In this document: piece after piece, positions 9,487 through 19,093 of the stretch
Position numbering within the stretch: the stretch's first letter is position 1
Layout of the letters: each line of letters starts with the position of its first letter
From: an uncultured virus (IMG/VR IMGVR_UViG_3300036846_001501)
Taxonomy: Duplodnaviria; Heunggongvirae; Uroviricota; Caudoviricetes
Direction: 5' to 3' (one strand)
DNA: 64,000 bases
IMG/VR virus record: IMGVR_UViG_3300036846_001501
The notes under the pieces: generated by a model
What the model saw: only the letters and a program-made list of their open reading frames with translations
The model's database searches: none
Told to the model about the DNA's origin: nothing
Translations under genes and position numbers: made by a program

Positions 9487-9821
9487 CGTTTTCTCCTGGA
9501 GGGGGCTGGGGGCGGTGGTTCGAGGCCCAGGGCGGCCATCGCCCCGGCGAGCGCCTCGTCGGTCGGTTCGGGTAGCAGGCCCAGGCGGTACCACATTTGG
9601 GTCTGCCAGTCCCGCCCGCCGCGACAATTGAGTTCATCGCCTCGACCCGACGGGCCGGGCTCGTGGCAGGTATGCGCGTGGCCCTGGAGCAGATAACCCT
9701 GGATCTCGGCCAGGCGGCCATGGGACAGGTGCATCGGGTTCTCGGGCCGGAAGATGCAGGTCGCGCACATCGCATTCCGGGCCGGCTTGGGGGCCGATTT
9801 CCGCCGCGGCCGGTGGTTCAT
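9483..9821 (-). CDS. Cys-rich hypothetical protein
   Basis: CATCIFR, H.CH and CRG motifs; ATGA coupling. Confidence 0.7.
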   Translation of the reverse strand: MNHRPRRKSAPKPARNAMCATCIFRPENPMHLSHGRLAEIQGYLLQGHAHTCHEPGPSGRGDELNCRGGRDWQTQMWYRLGLLPEPTDEALAGAMAALGLEPPPPAPSRRKR

Positions 9822-11494
9822 GAACTAACTCCCGCTTCGGGTCCGTTGGTCTCGACCTTCTTGCCCCGGATCGAGCAGTGACACTCGGTCACGTCCTCCG
9901 GGGCGATCGTGGTCACCCCTTCGCCGGGCTGATAGACGATCGGGTCCTGCCCGGCCGCGCCGGGCGATTCAACATAAGCGCGCCCGAGGAGGACCTGGCG
10001 GATCAATTCGCGTCCGACCTCGAATTGTGCACCCAATGCGGCCCTGTCCAAGCGCTGGCCCGCTGCTCGTGCCTCGGCGGCGATCCGCCGTACTTCCCGC
10101 GCGTCGGCGAGCGTGAATTTGCGCCGCGCCAGCGATGGCGTACCGTCCTTGTAAGTGCGACCGAGGAGGACCTGGCGGATCCGTTCGCGTCCGACCCCAA
10201 ACCGTGCACCCAACGCGGCGATGTCCAGGCGCCGACCCGCTGCGCGTGCCTCAGCGGCGATCCGCCGCACTTCCTGCGCGTCGGCGAGCGTGAGTTTGCG
10301 ACGCGCCAGCGATGGCGTACCGTCCTTGTAGCTGAGCCCCACGATGATCCGCCGCAGTGGCTCATCGCTGATCCCAAACCGGGCGCGCAGGGCCGCCATG
10401 TCGACGTGCTGACGCGCCGCCCGCGCCTCGGCAACAATCCGCCGGATCTCGCGCGCGTCGTCCATCGTAAGTTTGCGATGCGGGCGCTTCACGAACAGAG
10501 GCGGCGTGCCGTCCTGATAGCTTTTCCCCGTGAGGATATTGGAGATGACGTAGTAGCGCACCCCATGCTTCCGACCGATTGCGGCACAATTGGGGCGATG
10601 CCCCGCCGCGAGTTCCCGCGCCGCCTCGGCGCGGATCGCCTCGAGCTGGTCGGCCGACAACGCCGCGTCGGGATGGTCAGGCCCGGCAGGCGGCCCCGTT
10701 CTCCGCCGAATCGGACCGGCGGGATCGGGGACATGGCGCCAGGTGTCGCCGCGGAGGACCATGTGAATCGTCGCCTTGCAGACTCCCTTCAATTCCGCGA
10801 TCTCATCTGGCATGAAGCCGTCACGGGCGAGTTGCCGGATCTCCGGGATGTCCTCCTCGTGCAGGATCGCGTGGGATAGTTCGGAGCCGCGCCGGAATGT
10901 ATCCGGCGACCGCGGCCGTCTGTTGGTTGGTTGCCGCGGCCCCCACCGCAGATTGTCGGGGCGGCAATTGTGGGGATCCGTGTCGGGGAAGTGCACCGGT
11001 ACATCACCCAGAGCCCGCGGCGGTCCGAAGGCGAACAGGACCAGGCTCGCGACCCTCCGCTCCTTTTGGATCCCGCCCACGGCCATGCAGATCACATAAC
11101 AACCGCCGTCCGCCTCCGGGCGCCAGTGCCGCTTACACCGTCGCCACCGCTGCGGGCGCCCACCATACTGCCAAATCTCGCCGTCGCGGTCGGCCCGCAA
11201 CGTCTCGTAGCCGCGGACGGGGAAACTGTTAGGGGGGATCCCCACCTCCGGCCCGGCGGGTCGGCGCCCGACGAGTCGCACCAGGTTCTGGACGGCGACG
11301 CGCATCGGTTCCTGCTCGGGTCCAAAACGAACCAGATACTGGGGCCGATCGGTCCCCCGGGTCGTGAACCGCTCGACCACCCCTTCCTGACCTAGCCGCG
11401 CCTTGAGCGCAGGCGAGTGCTTCGCCCAAACACGGACGAGCCGCACCCGAGTCCCCGGGGGCCAAACCGCAGCGAGGACGTCCTTGGTCTTCAT
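9818..11494 (-). CDS. HNH-endonuclease-like protein with tandem C-terminal HTH-like repeats
   Basis: RVASLVLFAFGP...VHFPDTDPHNCRPDNLRWG (HNH_3-like), followed by 4-5 HTH-like units ending G.(S/T)Y.DGTP. Confidence 0.75.
   Translation of the reverse strand: MKTKDVLAAVWPPGTRVRLVRVWAKHSPALKARLGQEGVVERFTTRGTDRPQYLVRFGPEQEPMRVAVQNLVRLVGRRPAGPEVGIPPNSFPVRGYETLRADRDGEIWQYGGRPQRWRRCKRHWRPEADGGCYVICMAVGGIQKERRVASLVLFAFGPPRALGDVPVHFPDTDPHNCRPDNLRWGPRQPTNRRPRSPDTFRRGSELSHAILHEEDIPEIRQLARDGFMPDEIAELKGVCKATIHMVLRGDTWRHVPDPAGPIRRRTGPPAGPDHPDAALSADQLEAIRAEAARELAAGHRPNCAAIGRKHGVRYYVISNILTGKSYQDGTPPLFVKRPHRKLTMDDAREIRRIVAEARAARQHVDMAALRARFGISDEPLRRIIVGLSYKDGTPSLARRKLTLADAQEVRRIAAEARAAGRRLDIAALGARFGVGRERIRQVLLGRTYKDGTPSLARRKFTLADAREVRRIAAEARAAGQRLDRAALGAQFEVGRELIRQVLLGRAYVESPGAAGQDPIVYQPGEGVTTIAPEDVTECHCSIRGKKVETNGPEAGVSS
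9975..10700. repeat. Intragenic tandem repeats, 177/177/189-bp period (about 59 aa)
   Basis: Units start near 9975, 10152, 10329 and 10518; first two highly similar at DNA level. Confidence 0.9.
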
Positions 11495-11724
11495 TCGTCG
11501 TCCTCGTCGTAGGAGCGGAAGAACTTGTCGTAGAGCTGGTCGAGGACCTGCTCCTTGGTCACGGAATACTTCTTCGCGTTGTTCTGGAGGAAGTTGTGGA
11601 ACCCGAGGCGGAGAATCTCGGGGGGGATCGGCGGGGGATCGGGCCGGGCCGCAGGCACATTCGGCTCCGCCGCAGCGGCCCCGGGCGCGCGGCGCAACCG
11701 TGAATGGAGCGGGGGCTTGCTCAT
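11491..11724 (-). CDS. Hypothetical protein
   Basis: GGAGG SD, ATGA coupling to next gene. Confidence 0.7.
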   Translation of the reverse strand: MSKPPLHSRLRRAPGAAAAEPNVPAARPDPPPIPPEILRLGFHNFLQNNAKKYSVTKEQVLDQLYDKFFRSYDEDDE

Positions 11725-11846
11725 CGTCTACCTCCATGACTGGGGTCAATAGCGGGGAGGCAGCGGGCGCCGTTCCCAGCGTCGCCCGCCGCTTCGTATT
11801 CCGCCTTCATTGTGCCCGCGCCCGGGCTGACTGGCAACCAGTCAGC

Positions 11847-12398
11847 TCAGGGACCGCCGCTCGAGTAGCGGCGGCTACGTGGCCGCTCCGGCCCGTAAGC
11901 CCCCCGATTACCGGCCGCCGCCGGGATCGGTAGCTCGGCTGGCCGTTGGGGCGACACGGGCTTGGCCTGCGGAGGCAAGGCCGCCGCGGCCGCCGGCGGC
12001 AGAGCCACCGGTCCCGAACCGGAGTCCGAGTCGTCGTCATGGGGAACGGCGCTCTCGTGGAAGAAGCCGGGGCTGGTCGAGGGGTCGGGATAGCCCCGGC
12101 ACCACAACTCGACCCCGGCCGTCGTGATGACCCGATGGCTGAACCACCGATCTCCCTGCTTCTCTCTCTCCCGCATCGGCACGTGATGCACCGGGCAGAT
12201 CGGCAGACCATCGGCGGTCTTGTCGAACACCAGGGGCTGCGGCCGCGGGATCACGCCCGACTCGCGCAGCCGCCTCAGGAGGCCCTGGATGTGCCGGACC
12301 TCGAGCGTCGCCCTGATCATGAGCGGAAAGCCCTCGCAGATGGCCTCCGCCGTCATTTCCACGTCACGCCTCGGCTCGTCGCCGCCTCCCGTTGCCAT
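11847..12398 (-). CDS. Hypothetical protein with CPxH...H...C zinc-binding motif
   Basis: PICPVHHVPM...WFSHR...WCRG; start uncertain (alternative 12356). Confidence 0.65.
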   Translation of the reverse strand: MATGGGDEPRRDVEMTAEAICEGFPLMIRATLEVRHIQGLLRRLRESGVIPRPQPLVFDKTADGLPICPVHHVPMREREKQGDRWFSHRVITTAGVELWCRGYPDPSTSPGFFHESAVPHDDDSDSGSGPVALPPAAAAALPPQAKPVSPQRPAELPIPAAAGNRGAYGPERPRSRRYSSGGP

Positions 12399-12693
12399 TG
12401 CCAGCTCCTCCGGCCCCACAGGCCGACGCACTTCCAGGGTCGCGGCGGTGGATGCTCACACCCACCGGCGCGTCCTCGAGCACGTAGAGGTGATAAATGT
12501 TTGCCTCGTCCACTAACTCCTCGGCCGGGGGGAAGAATTGCACCGCCCACCGGCCCGGATACAGCGCCGCGAATGCCGCCCAGACGTCACTCCAGGCGAG
12601 CGGCCTGTAGTCCTCAGTGCGGAACTTCACGTACAGCGCCCAGCCGAAGCTGGTCTGCCGCATGCCCATGACCTGCGAGAAGGGGGCGCTCAT
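12364..12693 (-). CDS. Conserved phage hypothetical protein
   Basis: W.DV......PG..AVQFFPP..ELVD.ANIYHL motif. Confidence 0.75.
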   Translation of the reverse strand: MSAPFSQVMGMRQTSFGWALYVKFRTEDYRPLAWSDVWAAFAALYPGRWAVQFFPPAEELVDEANIYHLYVLEDAPVGVSIHRRDPGSASACGAGGAGNGNGRRRRAEA

Positions 12694-13226
12694 TCTGTGT
12701 AGCCTTCCCCCGTGGAGTCGAGGTCGGGCCGCCGGAACGCCCCCGCAGCGACCAGGTTGTCCTCGTGCACAACCAGGGCCCCCACCATGAACTCGTCACC
12801 CTCATCAGGGCCTCCCTCGAATCGACGATCCAGGGCCACCACGTAGCAGGGCCGCTCGGCTTCCTCCCCAGGCCAGCGGATCATGATCCGCGCACTGGCG
12901 ATCGTACCGCCGCCCAGGAGACTACCGTCGTCCGCACAGATCGCCACCGTGGTGCCGATCGGCATGACGATGACGATGTCGGCCGCGGCAACCGCCGCCG
13001 CGGCCTCGGCCGCCTCGGCGAGGGAAGGGCCCGTGTCCGCCTTACCGTCCAGATATGTGAGTAGCGCATCCGCCAGCGTCTTGGTCTGGAGGAAGGCCAG
13101 GTCATCGAGGCGTTCCTCGTGCCCAAGATCGGTCTGATCGGTTTCGCGGATGAAGACGATCCAGCCGTCGTCATCGTACTGAAACTCCGAGAGATAACGC
13201 ACGTGGCGCTTCTCGTACTTTCTCAT
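12690..13226 (-). CDS. Hypothetical protein
   Basis: ATGA coupling on both sides. Confidence 0.7.
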   Translation of the reverse strand: MRKYEKRHVRYLSEFQYDDDGWIVFIRETDQTDLGHEERLDDLAFLQTKTLADALLTYLDGKADTGPSLAEAAEAAAAVAAADIVIVMPIGTTVAICADDGSLLGGGTIASARIMIRWPGEEAERPCYVVALDRRFEGGPDEGDEFMVGALVVHEDNLVAAGAFRRPDLDSTGEGYTE

Positions 13227-14065
13227 GTTGGGTCCCCGAACCGTTCGTGCCAGGCCCATCTCCGGCCTAGCCCCCGCGTCGATTTGAGTCCGTGCAGGCC
13301 GGCCTTGGCCCGCTTCTCGAGTTCCACGGCCCGAGCATACAGCTCGGGATGGTCACGTTGAAGAGCCTCAACTTCCTCGGGCTTGCGCGCCGGACAATAG
13401 AAGCAGGCGCTCTTGACCGGCACGGGCAGGCCCGCCGCCTCGATCGTCCGGACGCATGCCTCGCGATCGATACCCCAAGCCTGCAAGGGATACCAAAATA
13501 TGTACTTGGGGTCAGCCTTGCCCGCGGCCGTGCGGCGGCCCTCGGCGGCCTGCGAGTGGCAGAACCGCTGCGTGTCACGACCGCCCGCGTCGTAGCCGAT
13601 CGCCTTGATGACTTTCAGGCCCGCCTTCCAGCAGGCGCGGGCAGCCGGGTCGTTGTTGAGGGCTTTCTCCATCGGATAAACCTTCCACTTCTGGCTACAT
13701 GCCTTGTAGCCGAAGGCCAGGCTGGGCAAGGTCATGTTCCTGTGGCAGTTGTCGTAAAGCGAGCGGTCGCCGCTCCGGGGCGACTGCCGCACCAGCACCG
13801 TCACCGGCGGGAAGCCGACGCGCGACAGGAACGGATCGAGCACATCGCGCAGGTAGGTATAAGTCTCGGGCAGCTCACCGCGGGTGTCGGCGAACTGGAT
13901 CAGGTCAGGGCGGATGCCCCGCCGAGCCATCTCCACGAGCATGGCCGTCGAGTCGACTCCGACGCCACAGGAAACACCCAGGAGCTGGACCGGGGGCCGC
14001 GCGCGCACGGCCTCCTCGTCGATCGTCTGTACGGGCAGGGCCCGTGGTACGGCCAGTTTCGGCAT
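13223..14065 (-). CDS. PAPS-reductase-like (adenine nucleotide alpha-hydrolase) protein 1
   Basis: PP-loop-like SCGVGVDST, FADTRGE.P.TY, ACSQKWK, YPL..WG..R..C, KSACFYCP. Confidence 0.8.
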   Translation of the reverse strand: MPKLAVPRALPVQTIDEEAVRARPPVQLLGVSCGVGVDSTAMLVEMARRGIRPDLIQFADTRGELPETYTYLRDVLDPFLSRVGFPPVTVLVRQSPRSGDRSLYDNCHRNMTLPSLAFGYKACSQKWKVYPMEKALNNDPAARACWKAGLKVIKAIGYDAGGRDTQRFCHSQAAEGRRTAAGKADPKYIFWYPLQAWGIDREACVRTIEAAGLPVPVKSACFYCPARKPEEVEALQRDHPELYARAVELEKRAKAGLHGLKSTRGLGRRWAWHERFGDPT

Positions 14066-14086
14066 GACTCTCCCTCGTCAATCGGA

Positions 14087-14449
14087 TCACTCAGGGCGGA
14101 TCTTGAGCACGACCGGATCGCCGGCCAGCTTGAAGATCGCCTCACAATCCTTATGATCCCCATCCGAGGTCAGGCCCCGGATCGCGTCCGCAGAGGGCAA
14201 TTGCCCCAGGCAATAGAGGATCGCCTCCAGCACATGCATGTGATCCGTCAGCTCGGCCGGAGGCTCGTCATGGTGCTGGAGCGGCGTGTCCTCGAACGGG
14301 TCGTCAGGCTCTTCCTCGAACCCATCGAGATAAACCTGGTAGCCGTTGCCATTGGTCAGCGTAACGAAGATCACGTCATCCTCGAGGACGACGTCGGCAG
14401 AGATTCGGCCGGCGAGCTGCGTCGCCAGATCGCGGAGCATTCCCATCAA
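14087..14449 (-). CDS. Acidic hypothetical protein
   Basis: Coupled ORF, 120 aa. Confidence 0.65.
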   Translation of the reverse strand: MMGMLRDLATQLAGRISADVVLEDDVIFVTLTNGNGYQVYLDGFEEEPDDPFEDTPLQHHDEPPAELTDHMHVLEAILYCLGQLPSADAIRGLTSDGDHKDCEAIFKLAGDPVVLKIRPE

Positions 14450-14838
14450 GTCGTCTCCTCGGTTGGACCATCCGGCGGGTTGCCCGCTCGCCGGATGGGC
14501 CGTTCATCGGGCCCGCGATAGGGCTTCAGGACGAGGCCCTTGCTGCGGAGGTATTCGCGGAGCCGGAACTCGTTCCGGCCCAGTCGCTGCTTGCGGTCGA
14601 CGGGCCCGCGCTCGTTCAGGGGGAACTCCACCACGCGATACCGGTCGAAATCGGCCGGCAGGGCGGCCAGCTCCGCCTCGGAGAGGGGCAGGTCGGCGAC
14701 CTTCTTGCGGTCCCAGACCGCAGGACCGACCTTCACGAGCGCCTCGGGATGGACGTACTCACGGCCGATCCCGCGGATCTTCTCGTCGCTGAGCTTCCGG
14801 GTCAGCCAGGGGTGCCGACCCGGGTTGGTGTCGCTCAT
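14446..14838 (-). CDS. Hypothetical protein
   Basis: ATGA coupling. Confidence 0.7.
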   Translation of the reverse strand: MSDTNPGRHPWLTRKLSDEKIRGIGREYVHPEALVKVGPAVWDRKKVADLPLSEAELAALPADFDRYRVVEFPLNERGPVDRKQRLGRNEFRLREYLRSKGLVLKPYRGPDERPIRRAGNPPDGPTEETT

Positions 14839-15209
14839 GAGGCCGGGTCGAAGACGACGGGCGTCGTGTTATCGGGATCGAAGACCTCGATCTTGGGCGC
14901 GCCCCAGACCCTGCCATTGTAGCTCACGTAGGCGATGATCTTGCGGCGGCCCGCCTGCCGGATCTCACCGCCGGTCCAGTTCCCGCCCCCCAGCTCATGG
15001 GTGGCGATGTAGCGGCGGCAGAGCCGCGACGCCTCGGCGTAATTGGCCACGGGCTTCCAGACGTCCCGGGGCCGGCCCGGGAGCGGATGATCGGGATGCT
15101 GCTCGAAGTCCGGGTTGCCCCGGTTCGACAGCTTGACCTCGAGCGGCCCGACATCTTCCACCTTGTCGGACCCCATGTTGATCATCGTTGCCTGCTTCTC
15201 GGCCATCAC
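14835..15209 (-). CDS. Hypothetical protein
   Basis: GGAGG SD; GNPDF...LGGGNWTGG...YVSYNGRVW motif. Confidence 0.75.
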   Translation of the reverse strand: MMAEKQATMINMGSDKVEDVGPLEVKLSNRGNPDFEQHPDHPLPGRPRDVWKPVANYAEASRLCRRYIATHELGGGNWTGGEIRQAGRRKIIAYVSYNGRVWGAPKIEVFDPDNTTPVVFDPAS

Positions 15210-15235
15210 GACCTCCTTGGTTCAGGGGAACGATC

Positions 15236-15667
15236 TCACTCGGGCGCCTCGACCTCGTCCTCCCAGGCAACGAGGTAGAGATATCCGTAGCTACTGCGGG
15301 GGTTGGCCCGCAAATGGAACGGCTCCCGATCGAGCGCGATCTCGCGGTCCTCGTCGGGTGCAAGCCCTTCCTTGTCCACTGCCTTGGCGAGCCAGGGCAG
15401 GGCGACCTTGTTGAGCCAGCGGAAAAACGGCCGCGACTCGGGCGCGTCCGCGTAGGGACCACGGTAGTTCGAGCGGTCAGGAAGCGTCTCGAACGTGACC
15501 TTCCAGTCGTCGACATAGCCGACGATCCGGCGTTTGCGTATCACCGTCTTCCGCTGGCGAACCCGGTGCAGGATCGCGCGGGCGCCCCAGTGCTGGCGGG
15601 CCTTGACACCCTCCGGCAAGTTCAATCCGAACCAGTGCATGGCAATCTCCCGGGCCAGGCCGCTCAC
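15236..15667 (-). CDS. Hypothetical protein
   Basis: GTGA coupling; NPRSSYGYLYL. Confidence 0.7.
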   Translation of the reverse strand: MSGLAREIAMHWFGLNLPEGVKARQHWGARAILHRVRQRKTVIRKRRIVGYVDDWKVTFETLPDRSNYRGPYADAPESRPFFRWLNKVALPWLAKAVDKEGLAPDEDREIALDREPFHLRANPRSSYGYLYLVAWEDEVEAPE

Positions 15668-16263
15668 GGGGACGGGACCACCGCGGCCTCGGGGCCGAGG
15701 TTGATGGCCACATGCCGCGCCAGGATCTTGTACTCGCCCCCGAGGACATCGGTCCTGCCGAACAGGTGCCGCTTGCCGACTTCACAGACCTTGAGCCGCG
15801 GCGGGACAGAGCCCGGCTTCAGCTCGAGGACGTCGCCGGGTTTGGCTGTCTTGATGATCGATGCGGCCTGCCGCCGCGTCGCGTGCCACTTCTGTACCTC
15901 CAGCCGCCAGCCCTGGACGTGCTCGCCCTCGGGCGGATCCGGCACCATCTCGAGATACTTCTCGGGACAGTCGACCTCGTTAGGTCCGCACGTTTCTTCG
16001 AGATCCTTGTAGCCCCAGCCGTAGCCGGCATCGTACCGGCAGAGATCGAGAGCGATGTACCGCTCGGCGCGGACCACCGTGCCCGCCTCGTCGTTGTGCC
16101 TGTGCTCACGGACCGACCAGATGCGGCCCGAATGCGTGATGTTCCCCCGCCAGCAGTGCGCGAGGCAGACGGACTCCACCCGGCCATCCTCAGACGTCCA
16201 GGTCCGTGTCCGGTTCGCGATCAACTGCTTGCGCGTCTGCCCCTGGGTGATCAACCAGCCCAA
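15664..16263 (-). CDS. DUF6927-like protein
   Basis: MGW start, WGYKDLEETCGP...DCP..YL, W(R) motif. Confidence 0.7.
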   Translation of the reverse strand: MGWLITQGQTRKQLIANRTRTWTSEDGRVESVCLAHCWRGNITHSGRIWSVREHRHNDEAGTVVRAERYIALDLCRYDAGYGWGYKDLEETCGPNEVDCPEKYLEMVPDPPEGEHVQGWRLEVQKWHATRRQAASIIKTAKPGDVLELKPGSVPPRLKVCEVGKRHLFGRTDVLGGEYKILARHVAINLGPEAAVVPSP

Positions 16264-16264
16264 A

Positions 16265-16483
16265 TCAACCTCCTTGGCGGTTGCGGAGCCGCCCCGAGCA
16301 GTTATCGCTCTCGTGGTAGTAGTGGACCCGGGGGTTGCCCATGTCCTCGGTCTGGTATGTGTGCCGGACGTAATACTTGTTCCCGGTCACCAGCTCGCCG
16401 CAGCTCTGGCAGCGGGTCTCACTGGCCAGTGCGTTGCGGCCGACGTTCTTGACGTGCCGCACCTCGTCGATCACCACCGTCAT
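16265..16483 (-). CDS. Small Cys-containing hypothetical protein
   Basis: ATGA coupling; CQSC. Confidence 0.6.
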   Translation of the reverse strand: MTVVIDEVRHVKNVGRNALASETRCQSCGELVTGNKYYVRHTYQTEDMGNPRVHYYHESDNCSGRLRNRQGG

Positions 16484-16791
16484 GAAGATTGCTCCAGGAC
16501 ACGGCCCTTGACGGCCGGGTCGTAGGGGGCGAACTCGCGCAGATCGGTCGTCTCCGCCCGCTGGCTCGCGAAGGGTGCCAGGCGGGCATTGATCGCCTCC
16601 ACCACTTCGGCCGCGACCCCGTACCGCTCGGGACGGTCGTACAGGCGAGGGCAGACGATCTTGCCACGCCGCGTCAGGTGATCGAACGCCACGACGATCG
16701 CCTCGACCAGGTTCTCGGCCTCGATGACCAGATGCGCCGGCAGGTTCTCCCTGTAGGGCCTGTCGTTGTACACAATCCGAAACTGTGGCAT
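16480..16791 (-). CDS. Hypothetical protein
   Basis: AGGAG SD. Confidence 0.7.
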   Translation of the reverse strand: MPQFRIVYNDRPYRENLPAHLVIEAENLVEAIVVAFDHLTRRGKIVCPRLYDRPERYGVAAEVVEAINARLAPFASQRAETTDLREFAPYDPAVKGRVLEQSS

Positions 16792-16833
16792 GGTCTTTTA
16801 CTCCTGAGCTGAAAGCTAATGTCGCCCCACGGA

Positions 16834-17088
16834 TTATGACGCGGGTGGGGGGATTGTTTGGACGTTGGACGCCTTCCTGTAACTGCTGAATTCGATCTGG
16901 CCACTCGCACGCACGCTCAGGATGAACAGCTCGCAATTCGCCGTCTCCGGCTGGCCAGCCAGGTAGGCTGCCTGGTCGTAGGCGTCAGCAAAATAGATAT
17001 AGGGCTCGGTCGTACCGCCGTCCTTGCCCCACTGAACCATGTCGCCACCAAAAAGAGCGACGACCCAGAAGCCAATAAACGGGTTCAT
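16834..17088 (-). CDS. Hypothetical protein
   Basis: TGATG coupling to upstream gene. Confidence 0.6.
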   Translation of the reverse strand: MNPFIGFWVVALFGGDMVQWGKDGGTTEPYIYFADAYDQAAYLAGQPETANCELFILSVRASGQIEFSSYRKASNVQTIPPPAS

Positions 17089-17870
17089 CAGGAATCCACC
17101 TGTTTGGGGTAGGGGTGCCCAGCCGGCAACTCTCCGCGGAGCTTCCGCTCGAGACACCAGAGGTACTTGTGATTGCCGGCGTGGGGGGTGCGCCGGCAGA
17201 GCGTGTGGGCCCAGTGGGCCAGCCAGGTCCGGCGGTCCTGACCATCGTCGGGAGGCGAGTCGGCGCCGTGGTCGACCAGGAGCTGGCAGGCATATCGCCA
17301 GCCCTTCTCGCCGCTGCGGATTTTCTGGGCCGCCCGGCGCGAGAAGGTCCGCCCGTCGGGTAGGAGCTGGAGGGCCCGGGCATGGCCCCGGCCCACATAG
17401 ACGGCATTCGTGGCCTGGTAGATCCAGCCGACGTGGCCAGGCAGAATGAGCCGACCCGAAGTCGTCTGCCGTGGCACCGGGTCCGAGAACGCAAGGACCC
17501 CCACGAACCGGCGATCCGGGTCGCGGCGGAGCAGCTCGAAGGTCCGGCCGATGAACCAGGATTCGCCGTTCTGGGGGACCTCGTCCAGCAGGACCAGGCG
17601 GCCCAGCTCCACGTGCGTCCCCGGTGGGCCGGGCAGGCCGGCGAACGTCGCATGATTCGTCGGCATGCTGTAGACGGCCACGCCCGCGAGCACACCTCGT
17701 TTGTAGAGGCCGAAGCGCCTCATTGCCGCCGGGTATGAGGCGCTGTAATGATGCGCCAGGACGAAATCCCTGGCCTCGGTCTCGGTGATCGCCGCCACCT
17801 CGTAATGCGCTGGGTTGATCACCCCGCCGACCCAGATGTGTTGGCGATCCCGCCAGCGCTGACTCAGCAT
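17088..17870 (-). CDS. Mom-like GNAT adenine-modification enzyme
   Basis: FV..HHYS, FGLY..GVLAGVAVYS.P, ELGRLVLLD..P.NGESWFI, LAFSDP, GH.G.IYQATN..Y.G motifs. Confidence 0.8.
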   Translation of the reverse strand: MLSQRWRDRQHIWVGGVINPAHYEVAAITETEARDFVLAHHYSASYPAAMRRFGLYKRGVLAGVAVYSMPTNHATFAGLPGPPGTHVELGRLVLLDEVPQNGESWFIGRTFELLRRDPDRRFVGVLAFSDPVPRQTTSGRLILPGHVGWIYQATNAVYVGRGHARALQLLPDGRTFSRRAAQKIRSGEKGWRYACQLLVDHGADSPPDDGQDRRTWLAHWAHTLCRRTPHAGNHKYLWCLERKLRGELPAGHPYPKQVDS

Positions 17871-18022
17871 CGTTGATCCTCCCGCCTCATATTCAAGAGT
17901 CGCCGCAAATTTTCGCTCAAGATTCACCTCGGAGGTGGTCGATGCTGGAGGAACGGGCGCGACCAGAGCCGGCCGCGATGCCGTGACGTACCCCATTCCG
18001 ACCAGTACCGGAAGACCCAATC

Positions 18023-19012
18023 GTGAAAATCCAAGCCCTGTTTCCCACAGTCTTTAGCCTGTCCATAGTTGTGCTCGGAGGCGCCGGCCCGCCGGAGGCG
18101 CCGGCGACGGTAACCCCCACGCTGGCGATCACGCCGGACTATTTGCCCCTGCGCGATCGTTCGTTCGTCCGGACGGCATTCCAGGATGCGACGCCGCCGC
18201 CACCCGAAGTGCCCGAGTCGGCAACCCCGGCGGCAGCCGCGGCAGCTCCGCCAGCCCCGCCACCGCCGGCAACGAATCCGCCAGCCGCGGCCGCCGCACC
18301 GGCCCAGCAGGCCAGCGCTCAAGCTACGCGCGCGACGGGGCAGGTCCCGACCAAGCTCCGGCCGGCAGCGGCCAGCCCGCAGTATGTCGCCGTTCAGGCA
18401 TCACCCCAGGCAGCAGCGGCACCCCAGCAGACGGTCCAGTACGTGACCGTCCCGCAGGCAGCGCCCCAGGCCGCAACGGCGCCGGCCGCCAGCCCACTCG
18501 TGGTCCAGGCTCCGCAGCAGCAGATCCTGGTGCAACAAGAGGCCCCGGTCGTCTATCTCGTGCAGCAATCGCAGCCCCGGGTGGTCGTCATTCAGGCCGA
18601 GGCCCCTCCGGTGATGCAAACGGTGTATGTCCAGGCGGCACCCGCGGCGGCGCCCGTCGCGTCGTGCTTCGCCGCGCCGCCGACCACGTATGCTGCCCCG
18701 GCCCCGGTGGCCTATGCTGCCCCGGCCCCGGTGGCCTATGCCGCCCCCGCGGCGTGTGCCGCGGCCCCGGTCGCCACTGTGCCGATGACCGTAGCCCAGC
18801 CGCCGGGGCCTCTCTGCCGCGGGATCGCCCATATTGGGGCCTGCCTGACCCAGTTCGGGCAACCCCACCTCAAGACCATCAACGTGCCGGCGGCGGGAGC
18901 GGCCCCGATGGCCGCAGCGCCGGTCCAGACGGTCTACGCCGCCCCGCAGCAAGTGCAGTATCAGGCGGTCCCAATGACGACCTTGCCGTCGCCCCAGGTA
19001 CCGAGCAAGTAA
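18023..19012 (+). CDS. Exported Pro/Ala/Gln/Val-rich low-complexity protein
   Basis: N-terminal signal-peptide-like segment, PAAA and YAAP repeats; one of few plus-strand genes. Confidence 0.7.
   Translation: MKIQALFPTVFSLSIVVLGGAGPPEAPATVTPTLAITPDYLPLRDRSFVRTAFQDATPPPPEVPESATPAAAAAAPPAPPPPATNPPAAAAAPAQQASAQATRATGQVPTKLRPAAASPQYVAVQASPQAAAAPQQTVQYVTVPQAAPQAATAPAASPLVVQAPQQQILVQQEAPVVYLVQQSQPRVVVIQAEAPPVMQTVYVQAAPAAAPVASCFAAPPTTYAAPAPVAYAAPAPVAYAAPAACAAAPVATVPMTVAQPPGPLCRGIAHIGACLTQFGQPHLKTINVPAAGAAPMAAAPVQTVYAAPQQVQYQAVPMTTLPSPQVPSK
18689..18750 (+). repeat. 24-bp tandem repeat (YAAPAPVA), about 2.5 copies
   Basis: TATGCTGCCCCGGCCCCGGTGGCC twice plus a partial third. Confidence 0.9.
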
Positions 19013-19024
19013 TTACCGGTAATT
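19011..19024. promoter_or_regulatory. AATT-N6-AATT site, copy 2 (perfect palindrome AATTACCGGTAATT)
   Basis: Overlaps stop of plus-strand gene in a convergent junction. Confidence 0.6.
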
Positions 19025-19093
19025 CACCGGGGCGGCGGCGCCGTCCGGCAGGCCGGCCGATCGATCGAAACGACCGGCTGGTTCGTCCCTTCG

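Noticed and set aside
9975..10700. 177-bp repeats as a CRISPR-like or ncRNA array
   Set aside because: In-frame, no unique spacers, and they encode protein repeats
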